Shown in pieces: positions 46,349-55,916 of a stretch of DNA of 63,356 bases. The stretch's first letter is position 1. Each line of letters opens with the position of its first letter. The notes beneath the pieces are model-generated. The model was given only the letters and a program-made list of their open reading frames with translations, had not been told where the DNA came from and did no database searches. The DNA comes from Myxococcota bacterium. Its GTDB lineage: Bacteria > Myxococcota_A > UBA796 > GCA-2862545. Position numbers and translations under genes: made by a program. The stretch lies in NCBI GenBank assembly GCA_039208735.1, contig JBCCQY010000044.1:1-63356 (forward strand), written 5' to 3'.

Positions 46349-47218
46349 ATGCGAATCGTCACGTTGCTCCCTTCGGCTACCGAAATCGTCGCCAGCCTGG
46401 GCGCCGAGCAGGCCATCGTGGGCATCAGCCACGAATGCGACCAGCCTCCTTCGATAACCGACCGACCGCGGGTCACGTCGAGCACGCTGCCTGAAGACAT
46501 CGGCACCCGCGCCATTGACGCGCGCGTGGTGCAGGCGATGGTCCGCGGGGATCCGCTTTACGTCGTCGACGCCACGCGCCTCGAAGCCCTGCAGCCCGAT
46601 GTCGTCATCACCCAAGCGGTGTGCCAAGTCTGCGCGGTCACCCAGACCCAGATCGGCATGCTCGAGCTGCTCACCGGCACCCAGATCGTTACGCTCCAAG
46701 CCCTGGATTTTGCGGGCATGCTTAGCGATGTACGACTCGTCGCGGACGCCATTGGGCGCACCGATGAGGCCGAGACGTTGGTGAACGAGTTGCAAGGGCG
46801 TTGGGACGCGCTGTCTGAACCCAATCCAACAGGACCTACGGTGCTGTTTGCCGAGTGGCCCGATCCGTTGTGGTTGGGCGGACACTGGGTTCCCGAACTG
46901 ATCTCGGCCGCAGGTGGGGTCGACCCGTTTGGAACGCCGGGAGCCTCCTCTGAACGAAGCGCCTGGTCGGACGCCATGGCACAAGATCCCGACATCGTGG
47001 TGTTTGGGGCATGCGGCTACGATCTGGTGCAAAACATCGAATCGGCCCGCCCCATCGAGACCGGAAGTGCCCGCCGGTATGCCATCGACGCCAATCGGCT
47101 GGTCAGTCGGGCCACTCCGGCCCTGGTCGATGCGCTCGAGGTCCTCAAGGCCATTGTGCACGACGAGCTCGATGGGACCGATCCGAGCTGGGTCCGAGCC
47201 CTGGCTCCGACCGGGTAA
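46349..47218 (+). CDS. ABC-type cobalamin/Fe-siderophore substrate-binding-like protein
   Basis: MRIVTLLPSATEI, VGISHECD.P, TQAVCQVCAV, EWPDP..GGHWVPE. Confidence 0.85.
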   Translation: MRIVTLLPSATEIVASLGAEQAIVGISHECDQPPSITDRPRVTSSTLPEDIGTRAIDARVVQAMVRGDPLYVVDATRLEALQPDVVITQAVCQVCAVTQTQIGMLELLTGTQIVTLQALDFAGMLSDVRLVADAIGRTDEAETLVNELQGRWDALSEPNPTGPTVLFAEWPDPLWLGGHWVPELISAAGGVDPFGTPGASSERSAWSDAMAQDPDIVVFGACGYDLVQNIESARPIETGSARRYAIDANRLVSRATPALVDALEVLKAIVHDELDGTDPSWVRALAPTG

Positions 47219-47265
47219 CGCGATACGTTCCGCCCGCGATCCACGCATCGATCGGGGAGGAAACA

Positions 47266-47769
47266 ATGATCGGAGCGATCTGGCTCGGCTTGGGGGCCGT
47301 CGCGGCCGCCGGGCCGCTTCGTGAGCCCGTCATGACGTTGCTCAACTCACACGAAGAACCCATCGATGCCGGCTCGGTGAAGGCGTTGGGCCGTGGGGCC
47401 GCCGCGGAACTCCTCGAGATTTCGCAGGACCCCGCGGTTCCCCCGACCCGGCGTGCCCGGGCCATCACCGCCCTAAGCCACGTCGACATGACGACCGAAA
47501 TCCGCAACGCCCTCACGACGCACCTTCGGTCGTCGGAGCCGTTGTTGCAGCGACATGCCGCCCGCTCGCTCGTTCCGCTGGGCGATGCGGCCATCGACGA
47601 CTTGAACCTGGCCCTTGCGTCAGACGACGTTCAGCTGCGCATCGCCGCCGCCGAAGCCCTCGGCCGGATCGGAACCACCCGCTCCGCTCGGGCGTTGCGA
47701 AACCGCCTCGCGCGCGAGACCCATCCGCTGGCCAAAGACGCTCTTACGACCGCATTGGAGGCCCGATGA
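47266..47769 (+). CDS. Secreted HEAT-repeat protein
   Basis: GGAGG RBS; signal peptide; RARAITAL, RHAARSL, RIAAAEALGRIG. Confidence 0.75.
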   Translation: MIGAIWLGLGAVAAAGPLREPVMTLLNSHEEPIDAGSVKALGRGAAAELLEISQDPAVPPTRRARAITALSHVDMTTEIRNALTTHLRSSEPLLQRHAARSLVPLGDAAIDDLNLALASDDVQLRIAAAEALGRIGTTRSARALRNRLARETHPLAKDALTTALEAR

Positions 47770-48881
47770 TTCGCGTCGCGTGGGCAGGACTCCTCCTCGG
47801 ACTCACAGGTTGCGACCTGTTTCCTGGGCTGCTGAGCGATTTGCGCGTCGACGAGCCTACCGAGGTTCCGGTGTCCGACACCGGCGGGTTTGTCGACTTC
47901 GTGGTCAAGGTCCCGGATTCGCCAGTGGGGACCATGGCTTGGTGTGGGGAGTACGGCGACGACGTGCTGGGAACGGTCTGGCAGGTCACCGACCCCTCCG
48001 GCGAGGTGGTCTACTCGGGCTACGACCCCGAGGCATCGGTGTTCCGCGCCGACACGGTCGATGATTTGGCAGCCGCTCTCTTCCCTTCCACCCCTCAGCT
48101 CCCGCTGACCGGCGGCGACTGGGAAGTGCAGTGGTTCATTGGGGCGGGGAATCCGGGCATGGTGGAGTGCGGGGCGATCCACCGAGCGGGCTCCCCCTCC
48201 AACAACGTTTCGGTGCGTGTCGAAGTCGTCCTCGTCGGTTTGGATGTCGATGCAGCGGCGGCCCAGACCGATCCGAACCTCGCTCAAGCCATCGATCAGC
48301 TCACCCTCGAGTGGCAGACCGCGGGCCTCACCCCCGATGTCCGGTGGCGGGATTTCGAAGGCGATGTCGACCGCTTCGCGGTGGTGGATGTCGACACCAA
48401 CTCTGGGGACTACCGAGAGTTCAACGACCTGTTGCGCACCTCGGACCCGAGCAATGACGCCACCCTCACGTTCTTCCTCGTCCAGGAACTGCGAGATGTG
48501 CTGGGCGGTACCTTGCTGGGATTGGCGGCGGGTCCCCCGGGCGCCGCCGGGCTGCATGGGACGTCCAAGTCCGGCGTCGTCGTGACCGCGGCCGACCTCG
48601 CCATGGCCCCCACGGATGTGGGCAAGATCATGGCCCATGAAGGCGGCCACTTCCTCGGGCTCTACCACACCACGGAGCGTCGAGGAACTCGCCATGACCC
48701 CCTCCTCGACACGCCGGAGTGCCCGTCATCGGCCGATAGCGACAACAACGGTCGCTTGTCGGTCGCGGAATGTGCCGGTCAGGGCGGTGAGAACGTGATG
48801 TTCTGGACGCTTACGGAAGGCACTTCAACCCTCACCACCGACCAAGCCTACGTGCTCGGTCGCAACCCCATTGCGCGGTAG
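47766..48881 (+). CDS. Lipoprotein metzincin zinc metalloprotease (M43/pappalysin-like)
   Basis: Lipobox LTG-C; AHEGGHFLGLYH; Met-turn NVMFW. Confidence 0.85.
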   Translation: MIRVAWAGLLLGLTGCDLFPGLLSDLRVDEPTEVPVSDTGGFVDFVVKVPDSPVGTMAWCGEYGDDVLGTVWQVTDPSGEVVYSGYDPEASVFRADTVDDLAAALFPSTPQLPLTGGDWEVQWFIGAGNPGMVECGAIHRAGSPSNNVSVRVEVVLVGLDVDAAAAQTDPNLAQAIDQLTLEWQTAGLTPDVRWRDFEGDVDRFAVVDVDTNSGDYREFNDLLRTSDPSNDATLTFFLVQELRDVLGGTLLGLAAGPPGAAGLHGTSKSGVVVTAADLAMAPTDVGKIMAHEGGHFLGLYHTTERRGTRHDPLLDTPECPSSADSDNNGRLSVAECAGQGGENVMFWTLTEGTSTLTTDQAYVLGRNPIAR

Positions 48882-48883
48882 TC

Positions 48884-51298
48884 ATGCGAGCATTCTTGTG
48901 CACCCTGGCCGTGTGGCTCGGTCTCGCGACGGTCAGCTGGGCCGCCGAGCCGCCCAAACTGGCCGAGATCGAAGACCCCCGACGGCTTCAAGCCATCGGC
49001 CGTCAGGCCATGGAGGATGGCGACACCACGCTCGCCCGCAACGCGTTCACCGCGCGGCTCGACCGCATCGAGTTCGCAACCTACGTGCCCCTTCGCCCTC
49101 CCCTCGATGAAGCGCTGGTCGCCGAGGCGATGGGAGAGTTCGATCTGGCCGCGGCGAAGTACCGCGAGGCCGTCGAGATCGACCCGCTCTACGTGGTGCT
49201 CATCTTGCGCATCCAATCTGAGCACCCGGAGCGTGAGGCACTGACCGCCGAGGTCCTCGAGACGGTCCGGCAGCGGGGCGAAGCGGCTCGCAATGGCGCT
49301 CGCAATGCCAAGATCTACACGACCAAGTCAAAGGGCGAACCCCGGTACCTCATTCCTACGACGACCGACGAAGTCGTGGAGCGCGCGCGCCAGGGGAACA
49401 TCTCGCGGTACTGCTACATCGAAGAGCTCGACTTCACCAAGGTGAAGGGAGCACTGCCGGACGAGATCATCCTGAACCGCTGCGTCATCGGCTCGATCCG
49501 GGGCACCTCGCTTGCGTTCGGCAAACTCGTCATCTCCCGGTCGTTTGTGTTTGGGGACGCTGTCTTCGGGAAGATTTTCGAGGGGGAACGTCACAAATCT
49601 GCGGCAGTTCAACCGGCCACCTTTCGCGACATGTCGTTTCGCGAGACCGTCTTCATGGGCAAGGCGATTTTCGCCGCGGTCGAAGCCGGTCCTGGACGAG
49701 CGTACTTCCCACTTGTCGTCTTCGAAGGTGAGGCCGACTTCAAAGGCGCTGAATTCGCAGGCGTGACCGACTTTCGGTTCGCCTCGTTCGGGCGAGGCGC
49801 CAACTTCCGGTTCATGCGGATGACCCAGCCCGTGTACTTCGGGGGCACTCGATATCGAGCCAACACCGTGTTTAGCTCGGTGTTCTCCGCACGTCAGGCC
49901 TACTTCAACGAGAGCACCTTCGAGGGCGCGGTCAACTTCGACGACTGCGAGTTCCAGCAGGGAGCCACCTTCGAGAGCAGTCGGTTTGGCGGGCCCACCT
50001 CGTTCGGAACGACCCAGGTGGCAGAAACCCTGAACCTCTCGCGGGCGGTCTTCGAAGACGAGGTCAACGTCAAGGAGGTCCATGTTGGCTCGCTCGATGC
50101 GTTGGGAACGCACTTTAGGGACGATGCCTGGTTTATGGATGCGACCATCGACGGCCGGTCGCGCTTTTCCCTAGACGAAGTCACCCGACACGCCGTGCGT
50201 GAGAATCTCGACGAGTTGCTTCAGATCTACCGGGACTATCAGGGCGACGAAGACGCGGAAGAGCCCATCACCACCCAGTCGAGCTACGGCGTCACCTCCC
50301 TTGACGACCTCTCGGCACGCATCGACCGCAACATCCACTTCGCGAACACCCGCTTCGGCGGATATACGGTGTTTGAAGCGGTCCAATTCGGCACACAAGG
50401 GCTCGAGAGCGTCGCGAGCTTCTTCAATGCCCAGTTCCTCGGCGAGACCCACTTCGAAAACACCCGATGGACGGGCCAGGCCGACTTCACCACCATCTTC
50501 GGGCGTGAGGTCGCGTTCAACAATGCGCACTTCGACCGTTCGCTCATCCTCGACGATGCCAACGTGCCAGGCCGCGTCACCCTGACCGACGCCACCTTCG
50601 CCGACGATGCGAACCTGTCGTTTTACGGGGCCGAGATCGCAAGCTTCGAGATCAACCCGAATCAGGTGGACGGAAAGCCGGGAGGGCACCCGCACCGCCT
50701 GTTCTACGAGGCGTGTGCCCGCGGTGACATCGACGCCTCCGACAACCGCATCCGTCGCATGCGCTTCGACGGCGTGCCCGAGAACAAGGTCCAGCAGGTG
50801 TGCCACGATTTCGTCGTGGACGAGTTCGTCACGCTCAAGCAGTCGTTTGGCGACCGGGCGATGACCGGTGCCGAAGACGAGGCCTACTGGTGGACGCGGC
50901 ACTACGAAACCATGATGGCGTTCCGATTTGGCACGCTCGCCCAGCGAGCCTCCGCTGCGTTGGCCCTGATTTTGTTCGAAGGAGCGTTTGGCTGGGGGGT
51001 CCAGCTCGTGAACCTTGGCTTTGCTTCGGCCATCGTGACCGTGATCTTCGCCTTGCTCTACCGCCTGTTGTGCCCGAACACGATCTTGGTCTACGACGGA
51101 CAGAACATCCCGATTCGCGAGGTTTCCTTCATCGGGTTGTGCTTCGTCTCTCTCCAGTCCCTGATTGCGATCAACACCGGGTGGGACTTTGGCGACGATG
51201 ACCACACCTTTCGCTACCTCAACACCATCGAGACGCTGGTGGGCTTTGTGGTCCTCACCTTCTTCGTCGGCGCCTACACCAGGATGATCCTGGCCTAA
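48884..51298 (+). CDS. Pentapeptide-repeat protein with signal peptide/TPR N-terminus and C-terminal membrane (channel-like) segments
   Basis: Long A.F...F.G.A.F repeat tract; GWG; final TM IETLVGFVVLTFFVGAYTR. Confidence 0.8.
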   Translation: MRAFLCTLAVWLGLATVSWAAEPPKLAEIEDPRRLQAIGRQAMEDGDTTLARNAFTARLDRIEFATYVPLRPPLDEALVAEAMGEFDLAAAKYREAVEIDPLYVVLILRIQSEHPEREALTAEVLETVRQRGEAARNGARNAKIYTTKSKGEPRYLIPTTTDEVVERARQGNISRYCYIEELDFTKVKGALPDEIILNRCVIGSIRGTSLAFGKLVISRSFVFGDAVFGKIFEGERHKSAAVQPATFRDMSFRETVFMGKAIFAAVEAGPGRAYFPLVVFEGEADFKGAEFAGVTDFRFASFGRGANFRFMRMTQPVYFGGTRYRANTVFSSVFSARQAYFNESTFEGAVNFDDCEFQQGATFESSRFGGPTSFGTTQVAETLNLSRAVFEDEVNVKEVHVGSLDALGTHFRDDAWFMDATIDGRSRFSLDEVTRHAVRENLDELLQIYRDYQGDEDAEEPITTQSSYGVTSLDDLSARIDRNIHFANTRFGGYTVFEAVQFGTQGLESVASFFNAQFLGETHFENTRWTGQADFTTIFGREVAFNNAHFDRSLILDDANVPGRVTLTDATFADDANLSFYGAEIASFEINPNQVDGKPGGHPHRLFYEACARGDIDASDNRIRRMRFDGVPENKVQQVCHDFVVDEFVTLKQSFGDRAMTGAEDEAYWWTRHYETMMAFRFGTLAQRASAALALILFEGAFGWGVQLVNLGFASAIVTVIFALLYRLLCPNTILVYDGQNIPIREVSFIGLCFVSLQSLIAINTGWDFGDDDHTFRYLNTIETLVGFVVLTFFVGAYTRMILA

Positions 51299-51319
51299 GG
51301 GCCCAAATTGGGGGCCGCG

Positions 51320-51628
51320 TCACTCGTCGGTGACGTCGGCCTCCATGCGGTTGGTGTTGGACCGCTGAAGCTTTGCCTTCCCTTTGGGCTTCGGCAGCGC
51401 CGCCGCGTAGAGATCGGCGATGCGCTGGGCCAGATCAGCCTTGTCTTGCAGACAAGCGGCACGCTCGACGAGCTTTTCTTGGTCGCATGCCCCAAGCTCC
51501 TTGATCTGGGCTTCGAGGTCGGTGCGCGAGGCCTCTCGCACGCACGCCGCCTTGGCATCGCCCTCGAGCTTGGCGCAGTCCGCCTTATCTGCCATCGCGA
51601 TCGATGCGAGCAACACACTCACCAGCAT
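51320..51628 (-). CDS. Small secreted Cys-containing helical protein
   Basis: GGAGG RBS; signal MLVSVLLASIAMA; four Cys in two pairs. Confidence 0.6.
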   Translation of the reverse strand: MLVSVLLASIAMADKADCAKLEGDAKAACVREASRTDLEAQIKELGACDQEKLVERAACLQDKADLAQRIADLYAAALPKPKGKAKLQRSNTNRMEADVTDE

Positions 51629-51691
51629 GAGGACCTCCAATGTCGGGCCCTGTCGACCCGCGCGTTCGAGGACCTATTCCACGGGGCTGGC

Positions 51692-52552
51692 TCAGACCTG
51701 CTCGACGCGCTCGATCTGTCCGGGAAATGCCTCTTTGAGCGTCCGCTCGACGCCGTGTTGCAGCGTCATGGCACTCGCGGGGCACGACCGACACGCCCCC
51801 ACCAACGAGACCTTCACCACACCTTGCGACACACCAACAAGCTCGATGTCGCCTCCGTCACGATGGATCGCGGGGGCCACCTTTTCGGCCAGGACCTGGC
51901 GCACCGCGGCGGAGAGCTTGCCGTCGTCGGTCGTCGCGAGTCGTTCGCCCTTTACCGCACGACCACACAGCAGGAAGTGTTCGCGCAGCGCGATGTCGAC
52001 CTTGCGATCGAGGCCATCCCATGGGGTCGAAGGCACCCGTTCAACGGTCACCGTGTTGTCGCGCAGGAGCAGCGAACGCACGCCTTCGATCGCCATCAAC
52101 CGCGCGGCGAGGGCGGGAACCTCGCCACCCGCGTCGGCGCCCGACACGAAGAACGCAGGCGCCCCCTCGGCCAACGGCTGACTCGAAAGGTACAATCTTG
52201 AATCTGGGTTCGGCGTCTCGCGGGCCCGCAGTTCCAAAGGTACCGAGATGGTCCAACGGTCCTGATGGACATCCAGGATTCGGCCCCGAAGTCGGTCCAG
52301 GTCCGCGTCCGAGGCCGTGAGCGACCATGCCTCGTACCCCGGCGCAGCAGGGCCCTGCCGCGCCCCTTCGGTGACCTGCACGAGTCTTCCACCCGGCGCC
52401 TCGGTCGTCTCTACGTGAATGCCCTGGTCCTCGCCAAGTCCAACGAGACGGGCCTGGGCCGCTTCGGTGAGCCGCAGCGGCACCGTCGGGTCGTGAACCT
52501 CAAGCGGCCGCTGCAGCCCCAAGGCATTGCGGAGCGTCTGCCATACACTCAT
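51692..52552 (-). CDS. NfuA/NifU-family Fe-S cluster carrier
   Basis: ETPNPDS (Nfu_N), VAPAIHRDGGDIELV, LVGACRSCPAS..TL..GVE. Confidence 0.9.
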   Translation of the reverse strand: MSVWQTLRNALGLQRPLEVHDPTVPLRLTEAAQARLVGLGEDQGIHVETTEAPGGRLVQVTEGARQGPAAPGYEAWSLTASDADLDRLRGRILDVHQDRWTISVPLELRARETPNPDSRLYLSSQPLAEGAPAFFVSGADAGGEVPALAARLMAIEGVRSLLLRDNTVTVERVPSTPWDGLDRKVDIALREHFLLCGRAVKGERLATTDDGKLSAAVRQVLAEKVAPAIHRDGGDIELVGVSQGVVKVSLVGACRSCPASAMTLQHGVERTLKEAFPGQIERVEQV

Positions 52553-52637
52553 GCGCCCCTCCTGTGGACCGGTCCGTAACTCCCTCGATTCGTTGCGGAC
52601 CGAGGAGAAGGCATTGCGGCAAACGAGGAGTCGATCG

Positions 52638-53099
52638 ATGTCACGGTCCGTGTGGCTGGTTTCCTACCCCGAGAAGGTCACCCCGTGGATGCGGTTCCTC
52701 CTCCACGAGCTGCTCGCGGGCCCAGTCGAACGTTGGTCCGACCTCGACCGCATGGTGCCCGAAGTGGGACGAGACTCCCTGCCCCGCATCGGGCCCCTTT
52801 GGTGCACCCACGACCCCTACGACGTTCATGTGCAGCGATTTGGACCCGCGATGCGAGGCTTCATTCTCGTCACGCCGGAGCGTTCCTCCCGTGCGGCAAC
52901 CTGGATTGCGGCGTGCGTGCGGCATCCTCACGTGGTCGTGCCCTATCCCGCGCTGTGCGCAGACCCCGTTCGCGCGCTGCGTCGCATCGGGGACTTTCTG
53001 CAGGTGTTCCCTTCTGATGTCGATTTGGAAGGCATCGTGGCCCGGTGTTCACCCGCCGCCCGTCAGCGGGTCCGCGAACGCGACTTGGCTACCGCTTGA
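52638..53099 (+). CDS. Short degenerate sulfotransferase-like protein
   Basis: GAGGAG RBS; VWLVSYPEKVTPW resembles SYPKSGTTW; Y..L.ADP...LRRI..FL. Confidence 0.5.
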   Translation: MSRSVWLVSYPEKVTPWMRFLLHELLAGPVERWSDLDRMVPEVGRDSLPRIGPLWCTHDPYDVHVQRFGPAMRGFILVTPERSSRAATWIAACVRHPHVVVPYPALCADPVRALRRIGDFLQVFPSDVDLEGIVARCSPAARQRVRERDLATA

Positions 53100-55866
53100 C
53101 CCAACGGTCGTAGATGCCTCGCAAGGCGTCGAAGTCGGATCGTTGCACTCCGACGAGATCGATGCCCAGGGAGAACTGAGCTTCGAGAAAGCCGATGAAC
53201 TCGACCACGCCGATCGAGTCGAGCAATCCACTGGTGACGAGGCGCTCCTCATCGATCGTACGGCCGCGCGCTCGAGCCCTCACAAAGGCGATGCAGCGCT
53301 CGTAGAAGTCATCGTAGGAACCATCGAACACTGGCCGGGGAGCCTCGGGACTCGGCGTGAGATCGACGAGCCCGAGGGCTTCGATGAGCGTCCCCACCCA
53401 TGCCCGTCGGTGGGACGCCGCAAGGTGCACTCCGTCGTGCAGCCGTGCCTCCTGGACGGTGCCGTCCGGATTCTGAAACGGCGAACATGCATCGACGAAC
53501 CCGAATCCGGAGGCGTTACACCACGCGCGCATCGTCTGGTAGAACCTGGCCTGATGCGCAACACGATCGACCAACGCACCCCGGATGGGCCACTCGGGCG
53601 ACGGTGAAGCCACCTCGTGAGTGCGTGTGGGAATGCCGGTCATGTAGGTGATTCGACCCTCGGGCCGAATCGAACGGAGCCGCTCGAACAGCGCCCGGTA
53701 GCCGTCAACCGCCTGATCGATGGCCACGAAGGGGTCGGGCGCCACCGCAAACCGGGTGCGGCACTCCGCCTCCCCTGCGGAAAACACAAGTTCATCCTCG
53801 GGACGAATCCGCCTGGCGACCCGTTCGATGAGTGGCCAGACCGAGGTCCATCCCTCCGACCACACCTGGCCTACCCAGTGGGCGTGGAGACGTTCGTAGA
53901 AATCCACCTTGAACGTCCGCCACAGGACCTGCACATGGCTGTCGCCAATCACATGGACGTGCCGTGCGGTCTGGGTGGCACGCCGTTGCGCGTTGTCCCG
54001 TCGGGCGATCTTGCCGCTGGACGTTTTGCGGAGCCAACCTCGAGGCACCGGCATCACGTCGGGCCGTACAAGGAAGCTGCCATAGACGGCATCCTCGATG
54101 GTCCGCGCGATCGCGTCGGCCTCGGGCCAGCCGAGTCCCCGGGCCGGTTCGAACATGGCCCAAATGCGCTCGGTGCCGGACTCCGAATCGGGAACCCCCA
54201 CCGCCATCGTACGTCCTGGCTGCACACCCTCGATGCCGTCCATGACCTCTTCGAGGTCGTGCGGCTGCACGTTGCGGCCTTGGTGGACGATGAGGTCGGC
54301 CTGCCGGCCCGTGACAAACAGCTCGCCATCGTCCACAAAGCCAAGATCGCCCGTGGCCACCCACCCATCGATCCGGGTCGGCTCCTGCCCCAGATAGCGA
54401 TCGATGGTAAAGGGGCCTCGAATCAAGATTTCACCAACCCGATCGAGGTCGGCCTCAATGCGGATCTGCACGCCTGGGATGGGTCGCCCACAACTCGCGA
54501 GGCGTACCCCTCCTTTCGCCAAGCGACGAACCTCTCCGCGAGCCAACGCGACCGGATCAAACGATGCGAAGCGCGGTGGCTCCCCGATCGGACTCTGCGT
54601 AGCGGCAAACACGTTCTCCGCCAGTGCGTAGCAGTGCGCAAGCTGATCTCGACGCACCGGAAACGCCCGCAGGAACCGGTCGGTGACCTGGGGAGAGATG
54701 GGCTCGGCGCAACTCACGAAAGCTCGGACCGACGACAGGTCGACGTCGACGGGGGTCCGACAGGCGAGGGCATAGGCGAAATTCGGCTGCCACACCAAGG
54801 TCCCGCGTACCCCGGCAAGCACCTCGTACAGCGCGCGAGGTTGCGCCGCCCACTCAAAGGGATCGAGAAAAACGACGGGAACATCCATGAGCAGTGGCAG
54901 CCACAGCGTCGCGATGAGCCCCATGTCGTGGTAAAGCGGCAGCCAACTCACGATGCGGTCGACATTCGCGTCGAGGTGGAGCACGTCGGCGTAGGCGGCG
55001 ACCTGGCGCTCGAGTTGCGCCCGCGTCACGGCGACCGCTTTTTGCAATCCCGTGGTGCCTGAACTGCATTGGACGAACAGGGTGTCCCGGGCTCCGACGA
55101 GGGTTGGCCCATCGAATTCAAAGTTCGCAGGTAGATCCTTGCGACAGACGATGCCGTCCACGGTTGACGCATCACCCGCTTGACCCATTACGGGAGCGCC
55201 GCCAAACAACGCCCGATAGCGCGCGATCTTCTCGGCAAAGTACGTGCCTTGGATCTTCGTCGACGGGTAGGACAGCAACGTGGGAGCCCGACCCGCGAGA
55301 ATGGCGCCCAGCCATGCCGCGAAGACCTCGCCATCGGTTCGGCCCAACATGGGCAAGATGGGATGCGGCTGCTCGCGAAACGCCGCCGCCCACGGCCGGG
55401 CTCGGGCCACCCACTGTTCTCCCGACACCACATCGACCTGCCGCCCGGGACGCACCACCGCAAACGACCAATCGGACTGAGTCCCGAGTCGCGCCAAGGC
55501 CTCACCGAGATCGGCCGTAGGCCGAGGTTGCCGGTGCGTGCGCTCCGGCAGCGGGACTTGCAATCCTGCCGAGGTGGGCACCGATGGCAATGGGGTCTTG
55601 CCATGGGAAATGCCCCGGGCGGCGAGCGTGCCATCCAAGGCGACCGCGCGTTGCATCGCCTCACGGGATGCGGTGGGTTGACCTAGCGCTTCGAGTGCAA
55701 GCCCCTGGCCGTACCACGCAAGTCCATCGCGTGGGGCAAGCTCGATGGCCGCCATGAAGCAACGGGCCGCCTCGAGCCAGGACTCTGCGGCAAGCGCGCG
55801 CTGGCCTTCGCGAACGTGATGGCGAGCCTGAATCGCGCGAGCCCGCGGTTCGTCGGTGATGGTCAT
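53089..55866 (-). CDS. TPR + fatty acyl-AMP ligase-like + SGNH-like + acyl carrier protein fusion
   Basis: TPR (AWYGQGLALEALG); SSGTTGLQK, SWLPLYHDMGL, YALAE, TGDLG, KTSSGK; VIGDSH..DGVH; GLLDS (phosphopantetheine Ser). Start approximate. Confidence 0.85.
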   Translation of the reverse strand: MTITDEPRARAIQARHHVREGQRALAAESWLEAARCFMAAIELAPRDGLAWYGQGLALEALGQPTASREAMQRAVALDGTLAARGISHGKTPLPSVPTSAGLQVPLPERTHRQPRPTADLGEALARLGTQSDWSFAVVRPGRQVDVVSGEQWVARARPWAAAFREQPHPILPMLGRTDGEVFAAWLGAILAGRAPTLLSYPSTKIQGTYFAEKIARYRALFGGAPVMGQAGDASTVDGIVCRKDLPANFEFDGPTLVGARDTLFVQCSSGTTGLQKAVAVTRAQLERQVAAYADVLHLDANVDRIVSWLPLYHDMGLIATLWLPLLMDVPVVFLDPFEWAAQPRALYEVLAGVRGTLVWQPNFAYALACRTPVDVDLSSVRAFVSCAEPISPQVTDRFLRAFPVRRDQLAHCYALAENVFAATQSPIGEPPRFASFDPVALARGEVRRLAKGGVRLASCGRPIPGVQIRIEADLDRVGEILIRGPFTIDRYLGQEPTRIDGWVATGDLGFVDDGELFVTGRQADLIVHQGRNVQPHDLEEVMDGIEGVQPGRTMAVGVPDSESGTERIWAMFEPARGLGWPEADAIARTIEDAVYGSFLVRPDVMPVPRGWLRKTSSGKIARRDNAQRRATQTARHVHVIGDSHVQVLWRTFKVDFYERLHAHWVGQVWSEGWTSVWPLIERVARRIRPEDELVFSAGEAECRTRFAVAPDPFVAIDQAVDGYRALFERLRSIRPEGRITYMTGIPTRTHEVASPSPEWPIRGALVDRVAHQARFYQTMRAWCNASGFGFVDACSPFQNPDGTVQEARLHDGVHLAASHRRAWVGTLIEALGLVDLTPSPEAPRPVFDGSYDDFYERCIAFVRARARGRTIDEERLVTSGLLDSIGVVEFIGFLEAQFSLGIDLVGVQRSDFDALRGIYDRWVKR

Positions 55867-55916
55867 CGCACCGCCCATCGGCGTACATCGAGGGGACTTG
55901 ACGCTTGGGCCAGGCC

